Shown one piece after another: positions 63,003-64,000 of a stretch of DNA of 64,000 nucleotides; the first letter of the stretch is position 1, and every line of letters starts with the position of its first letter. This stretch comes from Dendrobates tinctorius. Its lineage: Eukaryota. A model generated the notes under the pieces. That model was given only the letters and a program-made list of their open reading frames with translations, was not told where the DNA came from and did no database searches. The position numbers and the translations under genes were made by a program. Location of the stretch: positions 41,292,001 through 41,356,000 of the forward strand of contig NW_027361788.1 in NCBI RefSeq assembly GCF_039654945.1, given 5' to 3'.

Positions 63003-64000
63003 TTATGTTCAAGTCCCTGCAGCTGCATTGCTCATGGCTGTTAGCAACACATGCAGATGCATCCCCTATCTACCACCTCAAAACATGCAGCTGCAGGGAC
63101 TCGCACATATTGTCCAAGATAGTGTAGCTGTAGCCCATCAGTATTTGTAAGCCAAAAATGTATAATTGGTGCACTTGTTTCTATTATACCTTGGCCTCTG
63201 TTAGTTATCTGGTTTTGGCTTACAAATGCCGAGAAAAAAAAATACTGAACAAATACTGATAGTGTGGCTGTAGCCATACTGTGGTAACACATTCGGTCCT
63301 CACTACAGGAGACCAAAGTTCAGTCTGGCAGTGTGATCCATATAAACCTTTTTACACAACTCCCTCCCTAAAAATCTCAACTACTGACCTCCCAATACTA
63401 GGTTTCCCAAGGCTTGCATGATCTTGGCTGCAGGGCTGATGTAGAATAAGTCAGTTGCTTCTCTCACTTTTTTTGGACATCAGGTTCATCTGAAGGATGC
63501 TCTAGCACAGCTGCTCAAAAGCTGCCACTAGTTCTTCTACACTGAGCCCTGCTGCCAATGTCACACGAGCCTCTGAAGACCTGGTGTTGGTGCAGGAGGT
63601 ATTTGGAGACTAGAGTATTTAAGGTGTTGCCCTAGGAGTAGACCATTTAAAGCACCATTCATTCAGCTGTAATATGGCTAAATCTTAGCACCTGACTGCA
63701 GGTTGCAAGTGAACAGCTTCATAGGAACCTTACGCCATTGGTCTACAAGCAGTGAGGTGTAAAACTTTCATTCCAACATGGACTACTCCACATATACAGA
63801 GAACACTGAACACCAGTCATGAGTCTTCAGTTGTACCGATTGGGAAGGGCCCATTTTGTCTTCTCTATAACCCAGCCTTTGTGTGGTCAGCAGCCATTCC
63901 TTCACACGCCGATCCCACACTTCAGCCAGCGGAGCTCTCACCACCAATAACATGCAGTGTCTCATTACTGTACTTATAACTTTATTGATGCAAGATCTCA

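Overview
Vertebrate genomic DNA, most likely an anuran amphibian (inferred from the CR1/L2/V-SINE/DIRS/Tc1/hAT/Harbinger-like MITE repeat landscape). Four intact multi-exon genes were reconstructed by hand from splice sites; the ORF track misses most of them. They are tafazzin (minus, 10 coding exons, 262 aa), a divergent SLC25A20-like mitochondrial carnitine/acylcarnitine carrier (minus, 9 exons, 302 aa), dnase1l1/DNase X with a hydrophobic GPI-type tail (plus, 8 exons, 307 aa), and a tandem DNase I-family paralogue ending in the KDEL-like tetrapeptide DREL (plus, 8 exons, 286 aa). A ~16.2 kb minisatellite of interspersed 29/20-bp units lies between the tafazzin promoter and the carrier; it produces the spurious 4,000-5,000 aa ORFs. 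The most notable non-genic signal is a 354-nt-monomer retrozyme-like element (4550-5414). It carries two perfect type I hammerhead ribozymes on the minus strand, a 15-bp TSD and a twin-priming inversion, and is inserted at the start codon of a hAT transposase. Three further degenerate hammerhead-bearing Penelope-like inserts, a fold-back Tc1 in a carrier intron, a relic duplicate of the carrier gene and a nested Tc1/DIRS/solo-LTR stack are also present.
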